From the IMG/VR virus record IMGVR_UViG_3300005083_000004: DNA of 56,450 nucleotides. One strand, written 5' to 3'. Position 1 is the first letter of the stretch, and the number at the start of each line of letters is the position of its first letter. The DNA comes from an uncultured virus (IMG/VR IMGVR_UViG_3300005083_000004) (taxonomy: Duplodnaviria > Heunggongvirae > Uroviricota > Caudoviricetes). The translations under genes and the position numbers were made by a program. The notes below the pieces were generated by a model. That model did no database searches. It was not told the origin of the DNA and saw only the letters and a program-made list of their open reading frames with translations. This document shows, one piece after another, positions 1 to 11,200 of this stretch.

Positions 1-1
1 A

Positions 2-3000
2 TACACTTATTTTACTCAAGAAGATACAGCTGCAGCTGCCCAAAATGGAATTACAAGTCAAAGTGTTCCATTGACTTATGGTAATGCAACAGGTATAGCA
101 TTCGGATTTGATGATCGCAAGATCATGACTGCACAATATTCGACTACAACTGGAACTTGGAGTTCATGGACTGAAATAGTTGATGTATTTACAAATGGTT
201 CATGGATTTATTTCCAAGATTATATTCATACAAATTTCCCTGAACAGCAATCAGGTAAAGCAGTTTGGACAAAATTGACATCTACGGATCCTGGTCAATT
301 TGATGTAATTCCTGATAAGATTGTTCAACTTGAACATGTTGCCCCTAATGCATCAAGTAAAACAGATACAGGAACTGACTCTGCAATTCTTTATCAAGTA
401 TTGGGATCAAGGGATGATCTTCTTACAATAGATAAAACAAATTTGGTTGCGGCTATAAATGAAGTCAATAATAATAATGCAACTCTCAATAATTATGTAA
501 CAACAGAAGTTAATAGACTTGATGGTAGAATCGACACAGAAATTAGTGATAGAACAGCAAGTGATGAATCATTGAATGATCGAATTAACATTGAAATTAC
601 AACAGTAAATGCTATTATTAATGCATTGGATAGTAAAGTTGAAGATTATAATGATGCAAGAGAAGCTGATATATCAATATTAGATGAAAGACTTGATGTT
701 GTTGAAGATGATNNNNNNNNNNNNNNNNNNNNNNNNNNNNNNNNNNNNNNNNNNNNNNNNNNNNNNNNNNNNNNNNNNNNNNNNNNNNNNNNNNNNNNNN
801 NNNNNNNNNNNNNNATAACAAAAGCAGAATCTGATATTGCCAATATTAATACTAAAAATTCTGAACAGGATGCAGAAATCGATACTAAAGTCGATCGTGC
901 AAATTTTGATAAAAATGGTTGGTATGTTGATAAGGTAGTTCCGGCAGAAATTTCAACAGGTGGTGTCAAATTATCGGTTGAATCATCTAATGCATTAGAT
1001 GATCCTCAGAATGCAACTCATACAAAGAATTTTGATTTCCGTCTGAAGTCTACAAATAGTATTCTTGGAATTGCTCTTGATACATTAGCAGATAATCCGA
1101 ATGTTAATGATATCTTATTCACTGTTGATACAAGCAGTTATCGTACTGCTGCAGATCAAGATATTATTGATGCTACTAAACAGCCATTGAATAGTAAACT
1201 AACTGATATCTCTAATGCAGATGCAAATGGTGTATTGACTGTTAAAACAACTGGAATAGTTGAATCTAGAAAAATTAATATTAATGATATTGCAGCTGAT
1301 TCACCTCTTCAATATGCTGATAATGCATTTGCATCGAATGATGGTTCAATCCAACTTGTAACAGGTAAAGCAATCAAGGATGCTTCAAGTGGAACAGATA
1401 TTCTTTCATTGTCTGGCAGTGTTAAGATTGGTAATACATCGAATACAACAGTAATTACGCCAAATTTAACACCTGAAGGATTCGCTGCAATTTATGCTTC
1501 AACTGCAGATGAAGATCATCGTATTCCTGTGAAATCGGAAATCTCAAATATGATTGCGCAAGCTATTGTTAATGATACTGACTATCAAGGAACAGTAACA
1601 TATTTTGCTCAAGAAGAAATTGAAACTGATGCTAAAGCTAAAATTGAATCATTGACTAATGTAGTTCTCGGTTCAACTGCAATTATATTTGGTATAGATA
1701 ATCGGGTAGCTATTCTTGGTACCTATGTTGGTGCATGGAATTGGGTTGAGTTACCGGATCCATCTTCACAAATGACATTTACAAATGGGCATTGGATATA
1801 TTTTTCTGATTATATTAACGATGATTATCCTTTAACTCAAACAGGTAAAGCTGTATATACAGCAGTCGGAGCTTCTTCAGCAGCATTTGAAGTTATCCCT
1901 GATAAGATTGTTGAGCTTGAACACCATGAACCTGATGCAACATCATCGCAAGAAAAAGGAACAGATGCAAAAGTTCTTTATGAAGTATTGGGATTAAGAA
2001 GTGATCTTACTACTACAGATAAAACAAATCATGTTGCAGCAATAAATTCAATTGTATCAGATATTAACACTGAAAAGAGCAGAGCAGAATTAGCTGAAAC
2101 AAATATTCAAAATAATCTTGATGCAGAAGTTACAAGAGCAACAACTGCTGAAGGAAATTTAAATACATTAATTTCTAATGAAGTTACAAGAGCAACAAAT
2201 GTTGAAGGAAGCTTAGGTTCGAGAGTAACAAGTCTTGAATCTGGTTTAGCAAATCTCGAAAGTAATCTTATAAATGATGAATTAGTTATTGATGCAAATT
2301 CAGCGAACATTAATGCATTAAGTGCTTCTAAGCAAGATAAAATTACAGCTGCGGCTACAGCACAAACAATTATTGTCGCCCGTGGAACGACAGATGGAGT
2401 TATATCAGATCTTACAAAAGTTGCAACTATTCATGACCTTCCTGTAGAAAGGTTGCATACAAATATTCCTGATGAAATTGCAGTATCTAATTATGTAGAT
2501 GAAACAAAAGCAAATCTTCAAGCAAATATTGATACATTATCAAATACTGTTTCTGCTCAAGGTGTAGATATAAATGCATTGACCAATAAGGTTTCAACAG
2601 CTGAACAGAATATTGTAACAAATACTAATAGTATTACAGATCTTAATAATAATAAACAAGATAAAATTACAGGAACTGCAACAGCACATGAAAAGATTAT
2701 TACAAGAGGAACTACTACAGGTGTTGTTGATGATTTAACAAAAATTTCAATTTTAAATAGTAATGCAACAAATAGGTCTAATCTTAATATTCCTGATGAA
2801 GTTGCTGTTGGTTCTTATGTAGATGCACAAGATGCACTTAATGAAAAGCTTGTGAATAAACTTACAGAATGTGGTGATTCTACATCTGATCACACATCAT
2901 ATCCATCAATTGGCGCAGTTAATCAGAAATTTAATACAAAACTCGATGAAAATGTTGGCGCAGATCTTTATCAGATGATTGCAACAGTCGATGGATCTGG

Positions 3001-3265
3001 CAATATTGTGTTTATTCATAAATTTACAGATTTCGCAACCATTCATCCATATCAGTTTACTGTTGTCGATGGTCAAGCTTCTTACGTTATTACTCATTCA
3101 TTGAATAAAACGTATTATTCACCTTCTGTTATATGTGAAACTAATGGTGAATATGTTAGCTGCTATATTCGCGCTTCAAGCCCGAACACGACTATTGTTG
3201 ATATAGGATTGGCGGCATCAACAACTTACGCTAATCAAATATTAACATTAATAATCGTAGGCTAA
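2..3265 (+). CDS. Tail fibre / virion appendage protein, 5'-truncated by the window edge
   Basis: Frame is open from position 2 (YTYFTQEDTAAAAQ...), so TTG 71 is not the true start. Coiled-coil repeats (EVTRATTAEGNL/EVTRATNVEGSL), DKTNLVAAINEV fibre motif, duplicated modules, C-terminal 'ITHSLN...IIVG' tip-like domain. N gap at 713-814. Confidence 0.75.
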   Translation, partial: YTYFTQEDTAAAAQNGITSQSVPLTYGNATGIAFGFDDRKIMTAQYSTTTGTWSSWTEIVDVFTNGSWIYFQDYIHTNFPEQQSGKAVWTKLTSTDPGQFDVIPDKIVQLEHVAPNASSKTDTGTDSAILYQVLGSRDDLLTIDKTNLVAAINEVNNNNATLNNYVTTEVNRLDGRIDTEISDRTASDESLNDRINIEITTVNAIINALDSKVEDYNDAREADISILDERLDVVEDDXXXXXXXXXXXXXXXXXXXXXXXXXXXXXXXXXXITKAESDIANINTKNSEQDAEIDTKVDRANFDKNGWYVDKVVPAEISTGGVKLSVESSNALDDPQNATHTKNFDFRLKSTNSILGIALDTLADNPNVNDILFTVDTSSYRTAADQDIIDATKQPLNSKLTDISNADANGVLTVKTTGIVESRKININDIAADSPLQYADNAFASNDGSIQLVTGKAIKDASSGTDILSLSGSVKIGNTSNTTVITPNLTPEGFAAIYASTADEDHRIPVKSEISNMIAQAIVNDTDYQGTVTYFAQEEIETDAKAKIESLTNVVLGSTAIIFGIDNRVAILGTYVGAWNWVELPDPSSQMTFTNGHWIYFSDYINDDYPLTQTGKAVYTAVGASSAAFEVIPDKIVELEHHEPDATSSQEKGTDAKVLYEVLGLRSDLTTTDKTNHVAAINSIVSDINTEKSRAELAETNIQNNLDAEVTRATTAEGNLNTLISNEVTRATNVEGSLGSRVTSLESGLANLESNLINDELVIDANSANINALSASKQDKITAAATAQTIIVARGTTDGVISDLTKVATIHDLPVERLHTNIPDEIAVSNYVDETKANLQANIDTLSNTVSAQGVDINALTNKVSTAEQNIVTNTNSITDLNNNKQDKITGTATAHEKIITRGTTTGVVDDLTKISILNSNATNRSNLNIPDEVAVGSYVDAQDALNEKLVNKLTECGDSTSDHTSYPSIGAVNQKFNTKLDENVGADLYQMIATVDGSGNIVFIHKFTDFATIHPYQFTVVDGQASYVITHSLNKTYYSPSVICETNGEYVSCYIRASSPNTTIVDIGLAASTTYANQILTLIIVG

Positions 3266-3299
3266 TTATTTTTTTAATGAATTTGGAGGTAACAAAGTT

Positions 3300-6134
3300 A
3301 TGGCTTATAAGACACATAAATTTTTAGACCAATTATTGGTCAATAGAGATGCAGATCAGGATTATGAGCCAGTACCTTTGGTTCAGTTATACAATATTCT
3401 CGAAATTTTGAAACAAGAAATATATCATCGTGTATTAAATACATTATATCGCAAAAATACATTAAATGGTATAAATCCTGGAGTTGATTTAAAATTTGCA
3501 TTAGACTTCATGGATCCTGATACCACTCAAGATGGATATGGTTTAATAACACATATGGTTGCAAAAAGTTGTCAAACAAATTTGGATGGTGAATATTTAA
3601 ATAAATTAAATCCATCTGAAGGAAATTTGGCAATACTAAATCAAACTACTATTAGTAAGGCCAGCATCAGTAGCAATGCTGGCCTTACTGATTTTATTAG
3701 AGATTATTCGAATTCTGAATCATTGATTGCTGGTGTAAATGACACAGGGGATTTTGGATTCTATAAAATAATAAATGTGGATCCAAATACAGTATTAATT
3801 ACAGAAAAACATTCAATTCTTAATAGAGCTGAAGTTGAAACATATACTAATGATCTTGATAGTCGTAAAGTTGATAAGAGATTAGCAATTACAGGTTCAA
3901 CATTGTCATATGAACAACGAGTAACAAATGATATTAGTAGTTATATAGTTGGAATTAGTCAACGTATACAAGGTGTATCAACATCTGATGATATATATAA
4001 TTATTTAAAATATACACAACAACAGTTGTTATTTGGAAAAACAAAAGTAACTAATGCAGGAATTAAATCATCTGCGATAATTCGAACAAATCCAACAACA
4101 ACTGCAGCAGGATCAGCAGATGAAAAATTATATTATACTAAATCGGATATTCATTCAACAACTCTTGATGATTGGTATGAAATAGCTATTAAAGATAACA
4201 CATATCTACGTGGATTAGGATTTCAACCTGTTACAGCTGCTGTAATTGGTAATACAAATGGAACATGGAGTGTTGGTGATTTTGCAATCGATGAGTTAAA
4301 TTGTGTATTATTACAAGTCACCGCAGTCGATGGTACTGATCAACCAACACAAATTTCAGTTATATGTGCAGCTCCAATTTCTACAGTATCGTTATCTGGA
4401 AATGTATATACTGCACAAAGTTTAAATAGTATAACTGGATTGACTTCATATAAATCATTCGATTATACAATTATTACAGATGCTGGAAATCAGAATATTG
4501 ATGTATATTTAATGCAATTATATAAGAAAGCTTGGAATGCATTTATAATTGCGATTGCAAATAGATATACAGTTACAAATGGTGGAAGTGGTGGTAGCGG
4601 TGCTAATGGTACTATTGTTGATGCTGATGTCGAAACAGGAACAGGGCAACATCTAGAATATGCTATCAATGCATTTAGATCACAAAATCAATTGAATATT
4701 GGATATGGTACTGTTAATAATGCATATATTATATATGATACTGGCACATCTGGTGGAGATGATTCGACTTTTCTTCTGAATTATATTGGAGCAGATAAAA
4801 TTCTTACTGTTGGTGCAATCGAACAATCATTTTTGAAATTAGTATCATCAATGGTAATTGATCCTCAATTTGAAACAATCCATGAATATAATGTTTATCT
4901 TGGAAATTATACTACAGAAGATTATCGTGTCGTAACAAAAGGTCTTGTTAATGCAATGATTAATCAAGCTTTAACAAGTTTTACAGATTATAAAGGTTCA
5001 TATGATTTTATTGGTACTTCAACTATATCATTAGCTGATGCCCAAAATTATGTCATTAATTACAATAATACTGATAGACCTGCAGTAAGTGGATCTACAG
5101 CATTTATCTTTTATGCCGATGGATCTACATCATTTTCATCATCAAATGTTCAAGTTGGTTTATATGATGGATCGACGTGGACTTGGAGTGATATTGTTTC
5201 TAATAGAATACCAACAAATGGAGATTGGATTTATGTAGGAGATTATACCAATATAAGTGCGACATCAATTCATCCTGGTAGATTTGTATGGACTGTGAAT
5301 GAAATTGATGCAATATCATTTATATTTATTGAAGATCAATTCTCACAAAATGATGACGTAACACTTACGGAAAATTCAAGTGGTAAAAGTACATTTAAAG
5401 TTAAAGAATTTCAAGTTTTAGATACTTCATATAATGTATTAAACACAACCACAGCAAATAATATCATATATCAAGATTTTGGAGATTCATCATTAAATGA
5501 TACAATATATACAAAAATAGAAAAAATGATGAATATACTTAATGCATTAGATAATACTATCGTTGATTTAAATAATTCATCTACTATTGAAGAATATGTT
5601 CAGAGATCTGCTAGATCGACAACTGAGATTCCAAATGAAGTTGCTGTTGGTGAAATATATGATAATGCATACATATTTAGTGATTCTAATAGAAAAGCTA
5701 CATTATCTGGAACATTTAACATCACTAAAGCAACGATTGGAACATTGAATCCTGGTGATAAAATTAGAGTTTATTTGGGACAAACAAGTTCAGTTAGTGG
5801 ATCTATAGTATCGATGCTTGGGTATGGTGATTATGCCGAATTAGAAGTTGTATCTCAGAATGATGCATATTTTACTGTAGAAGGACCAATATATTTATAT
5901 ATTAATGATAATGGATCATATGATGCATTAAGTCAAGTATATCCGATGGTATCATTAGTAACATCGACTATACCACAATATACGGATGGATCAATATCAG
6001 TAATTGGTTCTACGACTGGTACAATTGTTACAATACCAGAACAAGTATTATCAAATAAACTTGTATGTGATACTGTAGTATATATTTCAGATGAACATTT
6101 ACAACAATTGATAGATGATCTAGAATTAATATAA
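3300..6134 (+). CDS. Virion structural protein (tail fibre/appendage-like), shares modules with the upstream gene
   Basis: 944 aa, T/S/N/D-rich, GGAGG SD. Contains TDYKG...TNGDWIYVGDY...PGRFVWT and IPNEVAVG, matching modules of the upstream protein. Confidence 0.6.
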   Translation: MAYKTHKFLDQLLVNRDADQDYEPVPLVQLYNILEILKQEIYHRVLNTLYRKNTLNGINPGVDLKFALDFMDPDTTQDGYGLITHMVAKSCQTNLDGEYLNKLNPSEGNLAILNQTTISKASISSNAGLTDFIRDYSNSESLIAGVNDTGDFGFYKIINVDPNTVLITEKHSILNRAEVETYTNDLDSRKVDKRLAITGSTLSYEQRVTNDISSYIVGISQRIQGVSTSDDIYNYLKYTQQQLLFGKTKVTNAGIKSSAIIRTNPTTTAAGSADEKLYYTKSDIHSTTLDDWYEIAIKDNTYLRGLGFQPVTAAVIGNTNGTWSVGDFAIDELNCVLLQVTAVDGTDQPTQISVICAAPISTVSLSGNVYTAQSLNSITGLTSYKSFDYTIITDAGNQNIDVYLMQLYKKAWNAFIIAIANRYTVTNGGSGGSGANGTIVDADVETGTGQHLEYAINAFRSQNQLNIGYGTVNNAYIIYDTGTSGGDDSTFLLNYIGADKILTVGAIEQSFLKLVSSMVIDPQFETIHEYNVYLGNYTTEDYRVVTKGLVNAMINQALTSFTDYKGSYDFIGTSTISLADAQNYVINYNNTDRPAVSGSTAFIFYADGSTSFSSSNVQVGLYDGSTWTWSDIVSNRIPTNGDWIYVGDYTNISATSIHPGRFVWTVNEIDAISFIFIEDQFSQNDDVTLTENSSGKSTFKVKEFQVLDTSYNVLNTTTANNIIYQDFGDSSLNDTIYTKIEKMMNILNALDNTIVDLNNSSTIEEYVQRSARSTTEIPNEVAVGEIYDNAYIFSDSNRKATLSGTFNITKATIGTLNPGDKIRVYLGQTSSVSGSIVSMLGYGDYAELEVVSQNDAYFTVEGPIYLYINDNGSYDALSQVYPMVSLVTSTIPQYTDGSISVIGSTTGTIVTIPEQVLSNKLVCDTVVYISDEHLQQLIDDLELI

Positions 6135-6143
6135 TAATAAAAA

Positions 6144-6171
6144 AAATATGGGAGAATATTCTCCCATATTT
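6144..6171. terminator. Bidirectional intrinsic terminator
   Basis: Perfect palindrome AAATATGGGAGAATATTCTCCCATATTT between convergent genes. Confidence 0.8.
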
Positions 6172-6175
6172 ATTA

Positions 6176-6808
6176 TTATATACTTACAATTTTATATTGA
6201 AACATTTTTGATATTCTAGCATTCATATTTCTTTCAATACATGATTTTATGTTATCTTTAAATATTAATGGATTAATTAATGTATAAAGTACCAATAATG
6301 GAGAGTATACAATATTAGATAATGCAAATAATAAACCATATTTAATGTTCGATAATAATATAGTCATTTTTTCTATAATTATTTCATTTTCTTTGATAAT
6401 ATCACTATCGGAATCGTCGACTGAATATATTGGAAATTTATCAATGATATAGTAAAGTATATCATTGTAAACTTCTAATATTTGTTTAGATAAAATTTCT
6501 TCAATATGGATATTAATTATGAATGGTGATTCTATTGCATTAAAGTTTGAAACACATGATGAAATTGCAGATGATATCTGCGTTTCAATATATTGATATA
6601 TTGTTTCCATTTCCAATATTATTAAATCATTTATTTCAGGTGTTGAATCTAATAATATTATTGTGGGTTTATATGTTGCCAACGTATGTCGATAAATTTC
6701 ATTTGCTATTTCATCATTTGTCAATCTTAAATCCCACAGATCTGCATGAAGTGTGTGATTTTTTTCTAATATAACCGGATAGGTTTTCGTATCAGTCGTA
6801 TACATCAT
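6176..6808 (-). CDS. Hypothetical protein
   Basis: 210 aa ORF with GGGGAG SD and an upstream TATATATTAT motif. Confidence 0.65.
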   Translation of the reverse strand: MMYTTDTKTYPVILEKNHTLHADLWDLRLTNDEIANEIYRHTLATYKPTIILLDSTPEINDLIILEMETIYQYIETQISSAISSCVSNFNAIESPFIINIHIEEILSKQILEVYNDILYYIIDKFPIYSVDDSDSDIIKENEIIIEKMTILLSNIKYGLLFALSNIVYSPLLVLYTLINPLIFKDNIKSCIERNMNARISKMFQYKIVSI

Positions 6809-6852
6809 CTTTTAATTCTCCCTTTAACAAATTAATATTGTTTCTCTATTAT

Positions 6853-6862
6853 ATAATATATA
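6853..6862 (-). promoter_or_regulatory. Putative early promoter motif TATATATTAT
   Basis: Recurrent motif upstream of non-structural genes. Confidence 0.55.
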
Positions 6863-6903
6863 ATTGAAAATAAAGAATTCTTTATAATATATTTTTATTA
6901 GGT

Positions 6904-6913
6904 TATATATTAT
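6904..6913 (+). promoter_or_regulatory. Putative early promoter motif TATATATTAT
   Basis: Directly upstream of the GGAGG SD of the 6934 gene. Confidence 0.55.
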
Positions 6914-6933
6914 TTACATGGGAGGATATAAAT

Positions 6934-8192
6934 ATGAGAACTTCAAGAATTCCAAATATTGAAATTACATGTGAACATTGTAATACGAAATTCATGACAT
7001 CTAAAGAACGTATTTCAGAAAGAAAACGAAGAAATATTCCATTTAATTACTGTTCAGATTGTTTGAATAAAAGAAAAAGTGAAAATCAATCAAAACGTAA
7101 TAAGAAGTTATGGAAACAAGGAGTTTTTAATAATACTAATAATCAACAACAACGAGAACAACATTCAATCAAAATGAAACAGATTTGGAATAATCGATCA
7201 CACGAAGAAAAACAATTACATGGTCAAAAATGTCATCAAACTTGGAATGAGAAATCAGATCAAGAAAAACAAAAGTACATTAATAGAATTAAACAGATTT
7301 GGAGTTCATCAAGTTTAAAAGCTAAACAATCGCAATTGCAACAAAATAGATGGAATAATATAGATCATCAACAAAGAGAACAACATAGCCAAAAAATTAT
7401 ACAATCATTAGAAAATCGATCACAAGAAGAAAAACAGTTACAACGAGAACGTCAGAAGATATATTGGGAATCATTATCCCCAGAAGAAAAACAAGAGTTC
7501 AGTGATNNNNNNNNNNNNNNNNNNNNNNNNNNNNNNNNNNNNNNNNNNNNNNNNNNNNNNNNNNNNNNNNNNNNNNNNNNNNNNNNNNNNNNNNNNNNNN
7601 NNNNNNNNNNNNNNNNNNNNNNNNNNNNNNNNNNNNNNNNNNNNNNNNNNNNNNNNNNNNNNNNNNNNNNNNNTGGATTAATAAACCAGAAGAAGAACAG
7701 ATTGATCATATTAGAAATGTTATTCTCGGTAAATATTATAATGCTAATAGCATTAATATTGGTAATCATTTGGGAGATCAAGATTATAAATATAAATTAC
7801 TGAAACAATGGTTAGATGAAAACAAGATAAAGTATGAATATGAAGTTCCATATCTAAATAGCTCATATGATAAAGATGACAATGATTTTATTATACACCC
7901 TAAATCCTGGGATTTTGGAATATATAATAAAGATAATAAACTTGTATTATTGATCGACATCGATGGAAAAATTCATAATGGATCACTTGATAAACATTTA
8001 ACAAAGATACAACATAAGACAATTGAAAGTAGAGATAATCAACGAGTATATCAAACTGATAATATTCCATATTGTATAGTTGAATATAATCCAGACATAA
8101 CAATTGAACGAGCTAACGTAAATGAGTGTATTTACTTAATTGAAGATATACTTGGTTTACCAAAAACTTATCCAAGAAATTATTTATTATAA
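6934..8192 (+). CDS. Zn-ribbon + Trp-repeat + Vsr/DUF559-like (PD-(D/E)xK) endonuclease, probable free-standing homing endonuclease
   Basis: CEHC...CSDC N-terminus and repeated '(K/Q)xxWxxxSxEEKQ' helices. After the 167-N gap (7507-7673) the frame WINKPEEEQIDH... runs into the 7770..8192 ORF with YEYE...WDF...LLIDIDGKIH...RD. The two listed ORFs are most likely one gene split by gap-length error. Confidence 0.65.
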
Positions 8193-8195
8193 TAT

Positions 8196-8225
8196 AAAGG
8201 GGAGAATTTCTCCCCTTTGTTTTTT
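8196..8225. terminator. Bidirectional intrinsic terminator
   Basis: AAAGGGGAGA-att-TCTCCCCTTT followed by a T run, between convergent genes. Confidence 0.8.
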
Positions 8226-11200
8226 ATGATTCAAATATCTCTTGAAGTTTTCTTTTTAGATCTACTAATACTCGGTTTGTTGCAATTGTAATTTGTAATG
8301 ATGTAAGCATACGTTTCCCGAGTGGAGATGGGGAACATAAACAACTGATTTCTTCGTCAGGATTTGATTCTGAAAATGGTTCATAATTTGGAGGTAGTAT
8401 ATATCCTAAGATATTCTTATTTGAACTGTACATTACTACTTTATCACCAATTGCCGGTTTATCTTTATGAGCAATATAGAATTCAATCAATATAGGAGTT
8501 TCTATACCTTTTATTTTTCCATATTTAGTTTCAACTTTAATATCATTTTCATTATTAAAATATCCTGACTTCATTGGAGATGGAGATTTATCATATTTAT
8601 TTATCAACTTATTTTTTTTATCAATTTTATTTTTATATCTATTCAATAATTTTTGTATTGATGGAGAGCAATCAGTTATATCACATGATATATATATTTT
8701 GATATCTACTAATTCTCCATCATGACTCGACATAACACCTTGATATGCAGATTTTAATAAATAATCTTGATCGTCTTGATCTAATTTCGACAATAGTTTA
8801 TTTATAGAAGCATCTTCATGTGATGTATCATTTTGAATCAAATATTCTTTTATTTTAACATGATCTCCAATATTTTTAATCATAATTATATTTGAATTAA
8901 TATCTAATGGATATTCTTCTTTAAAAACAATAGTTGTTTCCATTTGATTAGAAGCATATTCTGTAAAGAAATTTCCATCTTCATAATTCTCTGATGTTGC
9001 ATATAATGCAACTTTTAACAATGGTCCAATATTAAATCTTAATCCATTTAATGTTGAATATGTGAAGAATTTATTATGATATGCTAATACATCATCTTTT
9101 TTAAATGTATCTCCTTTTTTTAAAGGTGTATCTAATTGATTATCTAGATAAAATCCACCTCCACTATTTTTTACAATTTGATTACCTATATTAAATATTT
9201 GATATTTTTTATTTCCATACGGTTTATATTCAGCAATAACCATTCCGGTTTCATTATCAATCTCGACAATTCTTCCATCATATTTAGCATTAACTACATA
9301 ATCAGTTGATAATCTAAATCTCATATTTTCATCAATACCATTTGATATTAATGCAGGTCGAGCATTATTTAATGGAATCATATGTCCTGATTGTTTACAT
9401 GCAATTGCGGTTCTCGTAGTATCATCATGTGTAATAGTATTAGGAGTTGATAATTCTGGAGCAGAATATTTATTTACATCTTTCCATTTTTTATTTGCAG
9501 TATTCTTATTTTTTCTAAATCCTCGCATATTATCAATAGCTGGTTCATATACCAATTGTCGTACAACTCCAACTCCAGCATCTGGTGAAGTAGCAGATGC
9601 AATTTTTCCTACCATTGATGGCGTATATGATCTTTTTACTTCATTATATGCTTCATCCAAGTTTAATCCCGATTGTCCTTTTGGTGATATATTACAATCT
9701 TTATTCAATTCTCCAATTGGATTTAATGTTGAATAATCTTCTACTGTAGTCATCTTTAATAATTCTTTTACTACACAATCAGTAGGAACCGTCATCTTAC
9801 GTTTACCAATTGTATTCCTATAAGTTGAGTATTGCAAAGCAATTTGTTTATATATAATACAAGGAATAATTTCTGCATGGCGAACTCTATATAAATCGTC
9901 ATTTGCTTCAGATTTAAATGAATTATTATTCAATAATTTTATCGCTTCAATCATTAATCCAACTAAATCAGTTGGAAGATTTAATTCATTTAATATTTCT
10001 CTTGTAATTGGATCAATAAAGAAATCTTTAAAGTTATCTAAAATATTTAATACACGTGATGATCCAAGTATTAAAGATAATAAATCTGAATATATGTCTT
10101 TATTATTTAAATCAACAAAATTGATTTTTTTAGTATTAACAGATTTTAATGCATTTAAAATCATTTCATTTATTTCTGATGCATTATAATAAAAAAATCC
10201 ATCTTGAAATTGAATGACATTTTCATTTTTATTATTATTTGCTTTTTTAGAAGTATTATCAAATCTATATTGGATATTAGCTTTATTTAATACTGATTCT
10301 ATTCCTTCCCAATATCCCATCAAAAATATACACGGTATTTTCTTACTAGCAATTGTGGCAAATGCATAAAGATATTGTTTACCTTCTTTTATCGAATCAT
10401 AAAATAATTTTGCATCATTTGATAAATTATTATATATTAATTCAATTATTGTATCTGATAAATTTGTTTTACCAGTTTCACTATTACAAATTACAACTTC
10501 ATCTCCAAATTTACCAATAATAAATTCATTATCTTGTAATTTTTTATTATACATTTCTTTGATCTTTTTTAATTGAGTTAATTCTCTATTAAAGAATAAT
10601 TTTAATGTTCCATTACTGAACATCAGTATCGATTTACCAATTTCATCATATTCTAATGATGATATATATTTAATATTTATAACTGTACTATTACCAAATT
10701 TAAAATATTTTTTGAAATTTTCATTATTAGATAATTTTAATATTTTTGATATTCTAATGGTATTTCTTGATCCATATCTTCTTACAAATATTTTATTATA
10801 ATTTGAAACCATTTGACAAACATCAGGACCTGTTTTTGATAACGGTAGCATCATATTTTGATTCATTAATACTTTTTTGTTACCTTGGAGAAATAAGAAC
10901 TTTCCATCGATAAATTTCGGAACTTGAAATTTCATCACTGATACATGATTTAAATTATCTCGGATAGAAACTTCCCATGTTTCAATATAATTTAAACTAT
11001 CAGATGTATCAATAATATTAATATTTTCAATATAAAATCTATTATCTGTTTGATTTAAATGCTTTAATACATTAATGATATCTGTATCCATATATTTATC
11101 AATATAATTACTATGATAATTTTCAAATTTACCTTCTTTAAGATTTGGATTTATATTTTTTTGAGATGTACTATGATCACTAATTTCAATTTCTTTATCA

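Noticed and set aside
2..6134. Diversity-generating retroelement acting on the fibre genes
   Set aside because: The repeats are diverged protein-level duplications rather than adenine-specific TR/VR pairs, and there is no reverse transcriptase in the window.
6934..7803. Apparent TM tail (LIILEMLFSVNIIMLIALILVIIW) and apparent frameshift in the 289-aa ORF
   Set aside because: Out-of-frame translation after a 167-N gap; the other frame continues the Trp repeats into the nuclease domain. Not a programmed frameshift or pseudogene.
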